A stretch of DNA of 64,000 nucleotides from Octopus sinensis. Its lineage: Eukaryota. Below, piece by piece: positions 41,426 to 56,188 of this stretch. The stretch is taken from the NCBI RefSeq assembly GCF_006345805.1, contig NC_043014.1, forward strand, positions 51,088,001 through 51,152,000, read 5' to 3'. A program made the translations under genes and the position numbers. A model generated the notes under the pieces. It saw nothing but the letters and a program-made list of their open reading frames with translations. It ran no database searches and had not been told where the DNA came from. The number at the start of each line of letters is the position of its first letter. The stretch's first letter is position 1.

Positions 41426-41760
41426 TTACTCTTTTCCTTGTTTCAGTCATTTGACTGCGGCCATGCTGGAGCACCGCCTTTAGTCGAGCAAATCGACCCT
41501 AGGACTTATTCTATCGGTCTTTTTTGCCGAACCACTAAGTTACGGGGACTTAAACACATTCAGCATCGGTTGTCAAGCGATGTTGGGGGGATAAACACAG
41601 ACACACAAACACATACATATATACGACGGGCTTCTTTCGAACCCACTACTGAGGCTTCGGTCGGCCCGAGACTATAGAAGAAGACACTTACCCAAGATGC
41701 CACGTGGCAGGACTGAATCCGGACCATGTGGTTGGTAAGCAAACTACTTACACACAACCA
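41426..41760 (-). mobile_element. SINE family A with internal deletions
   Basis: Reverse complement of the SINE A tail, middle and head. Confidence 0.85.
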
Positions 41761-41823
41761 CACACACCACACACACCCACCCACACACCACACACACACA
41801 CACACATATATCTATATATATAT

Positions 41824-41857
<34 letters not shown>

Positions 41858-42528
41858 GTGTGTCATCTACTGGCTAAATACTATATGTCTGTCTAGCTAG
41901 CTGTCTGTGTGTGTGTCTATCTATCAGTCTGACTCTATATGTGTGTATATATACATATGTATGTCTATAAAACACACATACATACACATACACACACACA
42001 CGTGCGCACATATATATACATAATATTTGTGTAACGGGATTTACATCGAAAAATTTAATAAATTCATATGTGACCTCACAGTATTTAATTGACCTCCCTT
42101 TGAAGTACAGTGATCTCATCAATTAGGAAGGAAAATCGAATCGACCGTCTAGCGATTCCTCGAAAATTAGTTTCTCCGAACTACCGGGAGACAGCTGTAA
42201 GCACCGTTTTCATAGAACATTTTCAATCTGTTTACTAAATCAATCTGTAAATTACTGCTTTATTGGCTTTAGTTAATTACTATGCGATGCAATTCCACAA
42301 AGCTATAGAAATAATCCAAGGTGACCCTTATTATGTTTATATTTTCCATTTATAGATATATTGAGCTCAATAATCTACATTAACATCGCTGAATTAGAAT
42401 GGAACACGACATTGAAGTCGCATGAGAAGTGAATGCGGGATTGCAAATGGGTCTTCAAAGAATGAATGAACGAATCAATCGCTAATTCTTTCCAAGTCAA
42501 TCAGTGCTTAGTATTTTAATTCATATAT

Positions 42529-42565
<37 letters not shown>

Positions 42566-42568
<3 letters not shown>

Positions 42569-42757
42569 CTTTATTGCCCACAAGGGGACAAACAAGGACA
42601 GACAAAGAGATTAAGTCGATTACATCGACCTCAGTGCGTAAGGATGAAAGGCAAAGTCGACCTCGGCGGAATTTGAACCCAGAACGTAACGACAGAGACG
42701 AAATACGGCTACGACGCATTTCGCCCGGCGTGCTAACGATTCCGCCAGCTCGCCCCG
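42566..42757 (-). mobile_element. SINE family B with internal deletion
   Basis: Reverse complement of 26245-26474. Confidence 0.85.
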
Positions 42758-42758
42758 T

Positions 42759-42790
<32 letters not shown>

Positions 42791-42794
42791 ATAT

Positions 42795-42866
<72 letters not shown>

Positions 42867-42948
42867 CGATAGATAGAAGATAGATATTATGTATGTGTGT
42901 GTGTGTGTGTATATAAAGTTAGATAAACTTATATATGTTTTCACCAAA

Positions 42949-43290
42949 GTTTGGTCCAGGCCATGTCTAACTTAGTAGCACCACCTGATAGGATTATCTA
43001 AATCCTTTTGAAGTCAAATTTTGTAGTATGATGATCCATTCAAGTAGGGAGTTCTTGTTGAGTAGGATGTATCCAGGTATGGGTGGCTTATCTGGCATAC
43101 CTTGAAGAAATGTGTCCAAATGCCGTTTAAAGGTGATGGGATCCTTTTCCTCTTTGATAAATTTGGAGACAATGTTAAATGGGGCAGGGCCTATTAAAGA
43201 AAATAAATTGTGTCGCAGTGTACCAAAATGTTGTGATCCTGAATTAGTCATATGCCCGAAATGTTTAGGCACAAGGTCCGAAACTCTACT
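42949..43290 (-). mobile_element. 3' end of CR1/L2-group LINE
   Basis: ORF 42994-43296: LRHNLFSLIGPAPFNIVSKFIKEEKDPITFKRHLDTFLQGMPDKPPIPGY..NSLLEW. Confidence 0.8.
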
Positions 43291-43291
43291 A

Positions 43292-43400
43292 CGCAACTGG
43301 TACGTAATTCATTGACCCCGAAAGTATGAAAGGCAAAGTCGATTTCGACGGAATTTGGACTTAGAACGTAAAGACAGACGAAATATCGCTAAGCATTTCA
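43292..43400 (-). mobile_element. SINE B fragment
   Basis: CTGGTAC..GACCCCGAAAG.ATGAAAGGCAAAGTCGA..GCTAAGCATTTC. Confidence 0.75.
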
Positions 43401-43963
43401 CTGCTAAACTTAATATGAATAGTTCTATACTTTTGAAGTCTAAGCAACAAATAGGCATTCCAAAATATTAATAATCTTAGCGATACTAAATCAATTTCTG
43501 AATAGGTTAAGTGTGTATGTGTAATTGGCCAAACAAATATTCAAACACTTCGCTTATTTTACGTCTTCTTGGAATGTAATTGTCGGTTCGCAACGTAATA
43601 CTCAGATCGAGCGTTTCTTGTCGTAAGAACTAATGTTCTTATTTGACCGCTTTAGTTTGCACCGATGACCGGGAGCGAAAGGCAACGTAGGAGCATTTCA
43701 GGAGTTACCTTGATTGGAAATCAGTGCCAGTTAATGGGGTAGGCCTCAAGGTAAGTGTATGTCTGCATGTGCGTGTGTGTATCATTGCATCTATTTGTGC
43801 ATGTACGTTTGTGTATCATCAGATTCACAGATGGATTATAATCCTGATTTGTAAATTTGAACTGTAGTAGTTTGAGTGTATATATATATATACTATATAT
43901 ATATATATAAATATATATAATAATACTGTATGTGGATGATATATATATGGATATATATGCATA

Positions 43964-44002
<39 letters not shown>

Positions 44003-44585
44003 ATATATATCCTCTCTCTATAATATATATATATGTATATATATATATGTGTTATATATATAAATTATATATATATGTCTATATGTGTGTGTTTGTATGC
44101 GTGCGTGTATGTATGCATGTATATATATATATATGCTTTCAGTTAAGTGCATACATCAATTTATACTATACACACACACATACATATACACACATATACA
44201 TATATACTCACACACACATATATGTATGCGTACACATCAACATATGAAACTGTTTAGTCCTTGCTGTAGATAACATATTCTCCTCTTTCAAGGTACATTA
44301 CACTTGTTTCGAAAAAATATATATATTTAAGAATTCAAACAACATTGTTATCTGCAATTAAGTTAACCATCAATAACCAGGCGGAGCGGTAAAGTACCAT
44401 TAATTCGATTTGGTTTTATCGAAATTTCATTGTTAAGCAGCTGATAACATTCCCCAGATGATAGCTAAACGAAACTCACTTGGAAATTCGAATTCATTTG
44501 AGATGTTTTAGTATAGAGACAAACATGACGGTTATATTGAATTAGCGTAGATCACATAAAGTTTCGTCTTTACGTAAGAAATAGT

Positions 44586-44790
44586 GGAGGTGCAATGGCC
44601 CAGCGATTAGAGCAGCGGACTCGCGGTCGTAGGATCGCGGTTTCGATTCCCAGAACGGGCGTTGTGAGTGTTTATTGATCGAAAGCACCTAAAAGCTTCA
44701 CGAAGCTCCGGCAGGGGTTGGTGGCGAACCCTGCTGTATTTTTTCACAACTTTCTCTCACGGTTTCGTCCTGTTTCTGTTGTACCTGTAT
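44586..44790 (+). mobile_element. SINE C, 3'-truncated at a (TA)n tract
   Basis: Matches the first ~205 nt of 25385-25766. Confidence 0.85.
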
Positions 44791-44806
44791 ATACAAATAC
44801 ATATGT

Positions 44807-44837
<31 letters not shown>

Positions 44838-45049
44838 AATATGTGTGTGTGTGTGTGTATGTATATATATATGTATATATATATAATAGATGTATATATG
44901 TACATATAAATAAATATATATATACGTTGAAACATAAATTATATTGTGACAAAATCATTCCGGCTATCTTTATCTTTTATCTTTTTACTTTTACTACTTT
45001 CAGTCATCAGTTGGTCGAAACTGTGCGAGACTTTGAAGCTGAGCCCTGT

Positions 45050-45210
45050 CGTCTGCATTTGCAGAGAAATGCACCAGCACACTTCGAATTGGTAGACAAG
45101 CCACCTAACCCTGCTGACTTGGCCCCCTTCGACTATTCTCTCTTTCAATACCTGCAGAAATATTTCACTTCGATTCGGAAGTGATCGCTGCTAAAGGTCT
45201 CTGGCAGGAG
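45050..45210 (+). pseudogene. Mariner transposase catalytic-domain fragment
   Basis: NAPAH-FELVDKPPNPADLAPFDYSLF resembles HDNAPAH..HPPYSPDLAPSDY.LF with an internal deletion. It is cut off by the gap. Confidence 0.65.
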
Positions 45211-45211
45211 G

Positions 45212-45311
45212 NNNNNNNNNNNNNNNNNNNNNNNNNNNNNNNNNNNNNNNNNNNNNNNNNNNNNNNNNNNNNNNNNNNNNNNNNNNNNNNNNNNNNNNNN
45301 NNNNNNNNNNN
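45212..45311. other. Assembly gap (100 N)
   Basis: N run. Confidence 1.
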
Positions 45312-46255
45312 AAATACCCATGTCTTCACTACTCACGAGGAGCCAAACACAGAGAGGACAAACAAGGACAGACAAACGGATTAAGTCGATATATATATCG
45401 ACCCTAGTGCGTAACTGGTACTTAATTTACCGACCCCGAAAGGATGAAAGACAAAGTCGACCTCGACGACATTAGAACTCCGAACGTAAAAACAGTCGAA
45501 ATACCCATGTCTTCACTACTCACGAGGAGCCAAACACAGAGATGACAAACAAGGACAGACAAACGGATGAAGTCGATATATATCGACCCTAGTGCGTAAC
45601 TGGTACTTAATTTATCGACCCCGAACGGATGAAAGACAAAGTCGACCTCGACGACATTAGAACTCCGAACGTAAAAGCAGTCGAAATACCCATGTCTTCA
45701 CTACTCACGAGGAGCCAAACACAGAGAGGACAAACAAGGACAGACAAACGGATGAAGTCGATATATATCGACCCTAGAGCGTAACTGGTACTTAATTTAT
45801 CGACCCCGAACGGATGAAAGACAAAGTCGACTTCGTCGACATTAGAACTCCGAACGTAAAAGCAGTCGAAATACCCATGTCTTCACTACTCACGAGGAGC
45901 CAAACACAGAGAGGACAAACAAGGACAGACAAGCGGATTAAGTCGATATATATCGACCCTTGTGCGTAACTGGTGCTTGATTTACCGACCCCGAAAGGAT
46001 GAAAGACAAAGTCGACCTCGACGACATTAGAACTCCGAACGTAAAAACAGTCGAAATACCCATGTCTTCACTACTCACGAGGAGCCAAACACAGAGAGGA
46101 CAAACAAGGACAGACAAGCGGATTAAGTCGATATATATCGACCCTTGTGCGTAACTGGTACTTAATTTATCGACCCCGAAAGGATGAAAGGCAAAGTCGA
46201 TGTCGGCGGAATTTGAACCCAGAACGTAAAAACAGACGCAATACCGCTAAGCATT
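45312..46255 (-). repeat. Tandem array of SINE B-derived 185-bp units (at least 5 copies)
   Basis: Units start at 45312, 45499, 45684, 45869 and 46054 (187, 185, 185, 185 bp). The last unit keeps a more canonical SINE head. Confidence 0.92.
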
Positions 46256-46598
46256 TAGAGACGCTCAAAAGAAAAGGGCAGATAATTTCAAGGTAATAAG
46301 AATGCATTTTATTTCAGATAACTTCATGGCGACACAGAACCAAGTGTTAGTATAAGAAATATAACTGTCTGCCATAAGGAATACTAAGAGCCAAACCGAA
46401 GAAATTATGGTTATGGCTACTGCTTATTTAAGCCTTACACTCCCTTTTCCGCTTCTGTCCAAAGGGATCCATGCTTTTTTCTTGAAATGTAGAGTTTAAC
46501 CATTGTTTCCAGAATCAAAATCATCATTTGTGGTGGTGTGTGTGTGTGTTTGTGTACACGAATGCTTGTGGTGTATGCGTGTGGTTACAAATACATAG

Positions 46599-46631
<33 letters not shown>

Positions 46632-46643
46632 CACATATATGTT

Positions 46644-46676
<33 letters not shown>

Positions 46677-46756
46677 TATATATGCATACATATATACATA
46701 TACATTTATACGCATACAGATACACGCACGCACTCATACCACCACATATACATATA

Positions 46757-46809
<53 letters not shown>

Positions 46810-47003
46810 GTGTGGGTGGGTGTGTGTGTATGTATTATTCATTAATTCCTTAAAGTACATTCATCTATCATGAAGACCATATTTGTTTAGCAAATATTAT
46901 GGCGCTTTATAAGACGAAAGTAGATGCTCCATATAGAAATGTAAACAAGTAATGTTAACATTTTATTAAGTAATATTCGCCTCTATCTCTTTTCTACATT
47001 AGG

Positions 47004-47055
<52 letters not shown>

Positions 47056-47781
47056 GCATGTGTGTGGTAGCTTGTTAGGTGTGAGCGTGTGTGCACATGC
47101 GCCATTAAATATATATGAAGTATTTGAAACTACATAGCCTTTATATCACATTTCAAATTTAACCCCAAGTGTATTCAAGTTTATATCCATATAAGATATA
47201 CTTTGTCAGGTTTGAATCGGCTCACACTGGATAAGGCGGAATTAACTTTCAGCATTGACCACCTGATTATCGTCATAAATCCACCGCCATCGTAGTTATA
47301 TATACGTCCCCAGAAATCTACGGATTGGCAAAAGCTTAAATAAGTAATGTTGTAGATCTTTGCCATTCAAACTGTTCAATGCGGTGCTATAACATTACCG
47401 GTGTGTAAATAACTGTAAAAGGTTAAACCCAAAAATAAAAATATATATATATATTTATGGAAGTGTACTTTTTGTCTTTTTCTTGGTAATTCCGCTTCAA
47501 AAAAGTTCTGTTGAAGACATGGAAATATATTTCAGTACCACCGAAAGCTTGGGGCAGCAATACTAAACTGCAGTTCACTAACCTCTCATGTGAATTTGAT
47601 CTCATATTTTGGGGTATACATATATACATGCACATATACACAAATATTTACGCATGCATTCAAAGATACATACATACATAATACACACACACACACACAC
47701 CATATATATATATATATGTTTATATATATATATATGTATGTATGTATGTATCTCTCTCTTCTCTTTCTCTCATCTCTCTCA

Positions 47782-47822
<41 letters not shown>

Positions 47823-48687
47823 CACACATGCATGAAATCTAACGTGCATGCATGCATTCAAACATAGGTACATGTACATAAATATATATGTATGTACGCA
47901 TGTATATGTATATATCTTTCATTTATAAATGTGTATACAAACACACACATATATATATATGTGTGTATATATATGTATATGCAAGTATTTATAATGGGAT
48001 ATATACATATGTTTGTGTGTGCGTGTGTGTGTTTAGTTATATATGAAATAAATATCTGATTTATATGTATGAATTTATATAAAGAGACTTATATAATATA
48101 TAAGATATATTTCTGTACGTAGATTTCTATTTATTTTCGTCTGTTGGTCTTGTTTGTTGTTTTTAATATCTGACTACACCTAGATGAATCTTTGATGTTG
48201 TTGTCATGGAAATAACCTTGATGGTAAAATATGAAATAGTTTATTTTAATATATATAACACTACACACATATATGCAGCAGCAGTAGCATCTTCATCATC
48301 TGTAGCAACGTCAGCAGCAAGAGCGATGAGGAGAAATACCAACAACAGTTTTTCACTAAAGGAATTGGCAATAGGAACAACATCAACAATGGAACCGATT
48401 CCAAGAACAAAACATATTTGAAGACCAAACAAAAAGCAGATCCACCCAGTTTATTGAAAAAAACTCAATTTTATATTAGAATTTTTCAAAAGGTTGTTGA
48501 TAAAGTAAAATACAGAACCGATTACTGTTTTCTTAGACTATAAGATTAAAACGGACACACACAAACACACACACATACACAAACACACAGACATACACGG
48601 ACTCAAACACACACACAGGAGCGCTGGTACAGACACACACACATATTTATATAAATATATAAGGTGTTAGAAAAAATATTAAAGATG

Positions 48688-48878
48688 TGTATAAGTAGTG
48701 ATGTGGAGTGTGTATGTATTTATATATATAATTATATATGTGTGTGTGTATACATATATATTTATATATATATAATATATATATATATTATATAATATAT
48801 ATATATATATATATGTATGTATAGATACATACATATATATTATATAATATATACACACTCCACATCACTACTTATACA
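48688..48878. repeat. Inverted repeat, 28-bp perfect arms around a (TA)/(TG) spacer
   Basis: TGTATAAGTAGTGATGTGGAGTGTGTAT (48688-48715) and its reverse complement (48851-48878). Confidence 0.75.
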
Positions 48879-50229
48879 ACATATATTTATATTTATATAT
48901 TATATATACACTCACTTCACATACACATTCCTCAATACATATAGACATAAACACTCTCACATGCACACATATATATTAAATACTTAAGGCTTGATAAGAA
49001 TTATTTAAGAAATTAAATAATGACGTCAGGCACACTCACACACACACACGCACACACATAAAATATGTATGCGAATATGTACAAATTTATATGTATATAT
49101 ATTTATATATAGTATAGGCATATGAAATATGGCAGTATAATAGACATATATGCATATGCACGTATTATATACATTTATACATGCATATATATATATATAT
49201 GTTGTGTACTTTGTATATAGAATATATATGCATCTCTCTCTCTCTCTCTCTCTCTCTCCGCACACACACACACATATATATATATGTATATACATATATA
49301 TACATATATATGTACATATATATACATATTTATATACATATATATACATATATATATACATATATATACATATATATATATATATACATACTCTGAATAA
49401 GAAAACTACAAATTGGTTCTCTTGTACCATACAAAATCCTTATACACGTGCACATAGAGAGATACATACTCAAATTCACAGGCACCTCCACACACATACA
49501 GATTCACACACACTTGCAAACGTGCACATGCGGATATAAGCCATAAAACAACCTATCTTAAACAGCAAACCCACCTCAAACGCCATACAACATGTGAACA
49601 AGGAAGAGTAAAAAAAAATATGTACGAAAAACAAATATTAGAGATAAGTATTTTCTTTATAGAACAACATAACAAGATAAATAGAAAATAAATATATATA
49701 TATATATTTAAAGAAACACAGAAAATAAGCTCAGCAGCCCTTGAATGAAAACTAGTAAGTTCAAAAGATAGGTGTGAATACAAAATATTGCTATCGTATA
49801 TTATTCTACTGCATCGAAAATATGGTGATATTTGGATGGAACGCTTTGAAAGATTCGTCTGTTTCTCCCATCTTCTCTTTGAGTTTTGATTTTCCTGTTA
49901 CTCGACTGAATAAATTTTTTTGATGATTCAATTTTAAAAACAAAAAAAAATATCTATATAATTTTGTTGTTATCTATGTTGCTATTGTTTTCTTTTTGGT
50001 TGTGGCTGTTGTTGTTTGTGGTGTTTTAATCGTTGTTATAATTATTTTGTTGTGACTGTTGTTGCTGTTGTTGTTGTTGTTTTGCGAGTGGTTTTTTTTT
50101 GCTTCTTTCCTTTTCTTTTCTTATATGAAACTATATAGATTTATTAGTAGGAAGAAAAAATGGTAGAAAAAAAAACCGTTCTAATGAATGACTATCTTTG
50201 AAATATAGCAATAGATAACATATTGTGCC

Positions 50230-50315
<86 letters not shown>

Positions 50316-50359
50316 GTTGATTTAGCAATAGCGCTATGATACCTATATGTGTCTGTGTG

Positions 50360-50397
<38 letters not shown>

Positions 50398-50425
50398 TTT
50401 ATATATAATTTATTCATATTATATA

Positions 50426-50486
<61 letters not shown>

Positions 50487-50756
50487 ACTTTTCTTCTTTT
50501 CTTTTACTTGTTTCAATAATTTGACTGTGATCATGCTGGAGCATCGCCTTTTGTCGAGGAAATCGAGCCCAGGACTTATTCTCTGTAAGCCTAGTACTTA
50601 TTCTATCGACAACTCCCCCTTTAGAGCAACCGCTACGTTACGTGACGTAAACACACCAGCGTCGGTTGTCATGCGATGCTGGGGGACAAACATAGAAACA
50701 CAAACATATATGCAAACACACACATATTCACACACATACTCACACACACACACATG

Positions 50757-50787
<31 letters not shown>

Positions 50788-50968
50788 TTACAAATATATA
50801 TATGCGACGAGCTTCTTTCAGTTTTCATCTACCCAATCCACTCACAAATCTTTGGTCTGCCCGAGGATATAGTAGAAGACACTTGCCCAAAGTGCCGAGC
50901 AGAGGGACTGAACCTGGAACCATGTGGTTCGTAAGCAAGCTATTAACCACCCAACCACTCCTGCGCCT
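50487..50968 (-). mobile_element. SINE family A, full length
   Basis: Reverse complement of SINE A with an expanded internal microsatellite. Confidence 0.88.
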
Positions 50969-51107
50969 AAGGAACAATTATAGGGGAGTCAATGTCTCCA
51001 CGCCAACTCTCATTCAGTGCGCTCACTTCAGAGAAAGAAGACCACGGTATTGCCCTCTTTGGAGATAGAAGGACCAACCGAACGCCATTATTATTGACTA
51101 TAAATCG

Positions 51108-51140
<33 letters not shown>

Positions 51141-51172
51141 GGTATATATATATACATTCAAAATGTAAATGT

Positions 51173-51360
51173 GACCGCGTGTGTACCGTTGGCGATGTTT
51201 TTACTCTGTCTTCCCTTCTCTGGATCTTTCCTTTTCCTATGTTTCTGACGAAGAGCTCCGCTCGAAACGTTAAATCCTCCTTCTTTCCTGGGCGTCCAAT
51301 AATACTATATTTGTTCCACGTCCTCGCGTTGTTGTGTTTTTTGTGCTTTCATGTTTAGAT

Positions 51361-51365
<5 letters not shown>
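51173..51365 (+). mobile_element. Penelope-like pLTR-type repeat between (TA)n tracts
   Basis: Pyrimidine-rich leader, then an HHR motif, then a T-rich tail ending in (TA)n. Confidence 0.55.
51242..51274 (+). ncRNA. Minimal type I hammerhead ribozyme motif
   Basis: TTT-CTGACGA-A-GAGC-tcc-GCTC-GAAA-CGT-T-AAA. Stem II is 4 bp, stem III is the palindrome ACGT, stem I is 3 bp, and there is an extra A after A9. Confidence 0.65.
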
Positions 51366-51396
<31 letters not shown>

Positions 51397-51940
51397 CTTA
51401 TATATACATACATACATATATTTATAAAAATATATCTTCTGAGATTCAGGTCATGTGACACGAGTGTCTCATTAGTTATTTCTACCCTACATCTGGTGAT
51501 GCCTGCACACATTGTCACAAATTAGAATCGTATTACGAAATTCTTCATTTTATGTTCTCTTTCTTACTCTACATGCATTAATTTTAAAATGCTGCCGAAA
51601 GGAGAATTTTTCTTTAGCTTCTCTAGAATTTTCCATTGTAACCGATTCCATTATAGAGACAAGAAATTTATAGCAGAGTTATGATTTTCTGGTCTGTAGG
51701 TGTTAAAACACGTCATTTTCTTGTTCAAATGAAATCTTGCGGAGTTTTCGTTATTTTTATCTGCAAGTGTTCACATCTGCTCACACCGCACGCATGCGCG
51801 CGCGCCCACATACATATATAACAATAAAGGGTAAAATTAATTAATTAGTTAATAATGAATTATTTTACCAAGTAGTACGGTATGTTAAAAGAAACATTAT
51901 CGGCAATCTTATATAAAAATGTTATAATTATGAGGATAAT

Positions 51941-52083
51941 TATAATTAGGCTTCAGCAAAAATTTGTTTCACCACATATTGCTGCCTGGGAGATTTTCTT
52001 ATGGTAGTGAAAAAGTTAGTTTTAACTGCTATTTCTAAATTTCGATATGTGGTAACGCACATTTTTGCTGAACCCTAATTATA
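51941..52083. mobile_element. Short MITE-like element
   Basis: TATAATTAGGCTTCAGCAAAAAT / ATTTTTGCTGAACCCTAATTATA. A single matching end also occurs at about 15437. Confidence 0.7.
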
Positions 52084-52340
52084 ATGATACTTATAATTAT
52101 AGAATTTATATATATACAAACATACACACATGTACGATGTACGGGTGAACGATGTTCTCATTTTTATAATCCATTGTAGTTTAACTTATATTTATTCTCT
52201 TAACGGAATACTATTATTAGTTATTATCACATATTTCTGAAATCTATTTCGTTTGAAATATACGTACAGAAGTGAACAGAAAAGATATTCAGATACACTA
52301 ATAACTTTTGCGCAGAGCTTATATATATATATATATATAC

Positions 52341-52743
52341 ACTCTTTTTCTCTTTTCCCTTTTACTTGTTTCAGTCATTTGACTGCGGCCATGCTGGAGC
52401 ACCGCCTTTAGTCGAGAAAATCGACCCCGGGACTTATTCTTTGTAAGCCCAGTACTTATTCTATCGGTCTCTTTTGCCGAAACGCTAAGTGACAGGGACG
52501 TAAACATACCAGCATCGGTTGTCAAGCAATGCTAGGGGGACAATCACACAAACACATACACACACATACATATACATATATATACATATATACGACAGGC
52601 TTCTTTCAGTTTCCGTCTACCAAATCTACTCACAAGGCATTGGTCGGCCCGGGGCTATAGCAGAAGACACTTGCCCAAGATGCGACGCAGTGAACCATGT
52701 GGTTGATTAGCAAGCTACTTACCACACAGCCACTCCTGCGCCT
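52341..52743 (-). mobile_element. SINE family A, full length
   Basis: Reverse complement of 11325-11757. Confidence 0.9.
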
Positions 52744-53119
52744 ATATATATCAGTAAAGTTATAATAGTTTAGGAATATAAAGTGAATGTCTTATATATA
52801 AAAAGAATTAATTCACTCCGCTTACTGAGTACGTAGGTAATGACTCTAAATTCAAATAAAATTAAGCACATATTCGACAGACTCATAGGGTTGAGGATAT
52901 TAGAATTTCATGAGAATCTCATAGTTGAGATATATATTGATAATTTGCAAACCAAAGAAACTATTTCACACAAACTTTTCTCTCACAGATACAAACACAA
53001 CACACGCACACACTACATACGTATTTATATATATATATGTATACATATATATATATATATATTATATATATATATATATATATAGATATAGATATATATA
53101 CATATTTATGTATATTATA

Positions 53120-53156
<37 letters not shown>

Positions 53157-53253
53157 GTATGTATATGTATATATATATGTATACGTGTGCAAATTATATT
53201 TATATTGATATGCATGTACATATGTATGCGTACATATATATATATACATATAT

Positions 53254-53307
<54 letters not shown>

Positions 53308-55950
53308 ATATATATATACACACATACGTGCGTAAGAAAATCGGTATGGAGAAGTTTAATAGGCTCTGTGTATGGCGAAGAAATGGTGTGTAACAAACAC
53401 ACACATATATATATATATATGTGTGTATGTGTGTGTGTGTGTGTGTGTTTATTTAAATCTATAGAAGATTGGAAGGGGCTATATAATTGATTCATATATG
53501 AGCAAGTTGTTTTGTTTTATCTTGTGTTCTGCGCAGGAGTTAAAAAAAATACAAAAATAAAAATCATAGAATAGTGGCGAATAAGTTATGGAATAAATAT
53601 ATAAATGTATTCAGGAATGAATATTCCGAATGTGAGAACGCAAAACGGGAATAAAAAACGAAATGTGAAAAAAAGGAAAAAGTAATACGGTTGGGCATAT
53701 GACTACACATGCAGTACTATTTTTTTTTTTTTTAGTGGTAGATTAGTCCTTTTGTTATGCTTTTGAAATAACAGAAGTAAAGAAAAGAAAATATTTTTGC
53801 AACACCAGCTGATAATTCTTGTATTATTAGCCAAGTTTAAGGTCGATAAGATTAGGAAATATAGAATTCGTTATCAAGATGTATCTCTGCTATGAAAATA
53901 GGATATACACACAATGCGTTATCAAATGATTAAAACAAGAAGATGTCAAAATATTAAAATAACGTCAGGTAATCTACGAAGAAAATGCCAGCTTTTATAT
54001 ATACATACTTTAAGCAATCTAGAAAATGAACATTACGACGTTTACCTACTTGTATGCTACGCTGTCTGTAAATCAATCTACATTACTATCAATCTATATC
54101 TATATATCTACGTATACTCTTACAACCTGATAATGTTATACACCCGCCAAATGTTGAGTCATGTGAAGCTGTGTCCAATAATTATTAAAATCGCGTTGAG
54201 TATTGCTGTCTCTCTTCTTGTGCTCACTCACCCGTGTATTCATTCCGTCATTCTGCCATTCATTCATCCATACATACAAACACACACACACACACACATA
54301 CACACACACGCACACACAGAGACATATATACATATATACAAATAAAGAAGCACAGTTATTGGGTGATATATGTATGGATGAAACTGTTTTGATTCAAACA
54401 CACATGCACACACACACAGAAGGTAATGACAAACGAAATTACGGTAAGGATTTTTCCCAGCCTCGTAATGATTTTTGCAGCTTACCATCTTTCTTTTCCG
54501 ATATATATTACTTGCTAGTTATCGTCTTTTTGTTTTCTCAAAACATTAGGCTCTTTAATTAGGCGTGATTAGAAATAAAAATGGACTAAGAAGATAATTA
54601 TCAGTATTTTATATATTCAGAAACGTATCCCTGGATACATATGATAATCTTAACATTGTGTCGGGTCTTCGTAGCTAAAGATTTGAATGAACTCCCTTGC
54701 AAGAAACAGCATAGAGTAACCTCCCTTTACCAAGTTTCTCGAAGTATCTGTGTCATGAGACGTGGTTCTTATATATTCAAGAAGCTTAGCCTTTCTCTTG
54801 GAAGTTTCTAGAATGTCTAGCGTTCCATTAGTAAAAACAGCTTGCTAACCCAGCCTTTCGCTTCTTAGTCGATTAGACTAAGAGCCCTTCACGTCATTGC
54901 TATATCCGTCTATTTCTGTACGTCACATGACTGAAAACCACCATTTAGCTGTTATTTCTACGTTTTCTATCACTGAACTTTCTTGTATAGATTGCTTCAT
55001 TCAACTAGATTCTACATTCTGTTTATGTATCATCATCGACCAGTAAATAAAATATATTTTTACGTAGTAAATATATATCTTGAATTTATTCTTCATCTCT
55101 TTATGAACTCTTGTAATAACATACACGCAGCCACATCAACTCATTGCACTCACAATATATTTCCACTACAAATGTATCGAGAGATCCATCATTAAGCGAG
55201 GATTATAATAATTAAAGAAAATTTTAAACTAGTGGTTCATTTCTTTGTATTCTCACGTTAGTCTTTTTATATACCACACACTACTTCTTGACTAAGCCAA
55301 TTTCTCATTATGATTAGTTGCATTATTTCCGAAAACTAAAATTTCCTCAGGCTATTTTCCAATTTGGAATCTTTATTCCTAAATCACGATTTTCACCATT
55401 CTTAACCTCTGCATGTTTACGTTAAATAAAATGATGTTAACGGTTAATTTAATTTTCACAAAATTTCAAACGTGTTCATGGCTTCTTGATAAACGTTTCA
55501 AAATTCGTAAAGTGTTAGAAATTTTAGAATATAGAAAAGATCCACAATGTGCATCAACCAAAATTAGTTACACAATATTTTTAAGTGACGCATCCGTTGA
55601 TGTCACCTCTGCGGCTTCCAAACAGAAATATCTTTAAAATAGGTAAATGGGTTTGATTATTCCTTTTGATACTACCCTCTTCAAGAAGGCCTCAGCTCCT
55701 GTTTTAATTCGATCTAAGAAATTTTAACGCGATCTATGAAATTTTCATGTCGATATATGTTTCATGGACCATTTATAATTACCAAAGAGATTTGCTATAT
55801 TCTTAATTACTTAAATAATTAAATGATACACAAGCAATTGGTTATAAAAACGTGTAACATTCTAATAAATATCTGTAAATAGAAAACCATCCACATTTCT
55901 GAGTACCTCATTTCTTCTAATATATAATACCTGTACATCATCTCCAAACC

Positions 55951-56040
<90 letters not shown>

Positions 56041-56099
56041 TATATTATTGGTGAATTGAAGAAATGGAGCTGAACGCAGATTGAACAGAAATCGTTTTA

Positions 56100-56188
56100 T
56101 TTCATTCTACACGTGTTTCGAAAGGCACAAATTACCAAAATCCGATTGAATAATGGGACCATATTGTGTCTTTCTCTTCAGGAAGAAA
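56100..56188 (-). ncRNA. Type I hammerhead ribozyme, canonical core (left arm)
   Basis: Mirror of 57631-57719. Predicted cleavage 3' of the minus-strand A at 56108. Confidence 0.8.

Noticed and set aside
4734-44660. tRNA genes at A-box/B-box sites
   Set aside because: Each continues into a SINE body. I saw no complete cloverleaf or Pol III terminator.
45312-46255. CRISPR-like array or HHR retrozyme tandem
   Set aside because: The units are near-identical with no unique spacers, they derive from SINE B, and neither strand has a CUGANGA/GAAA core.
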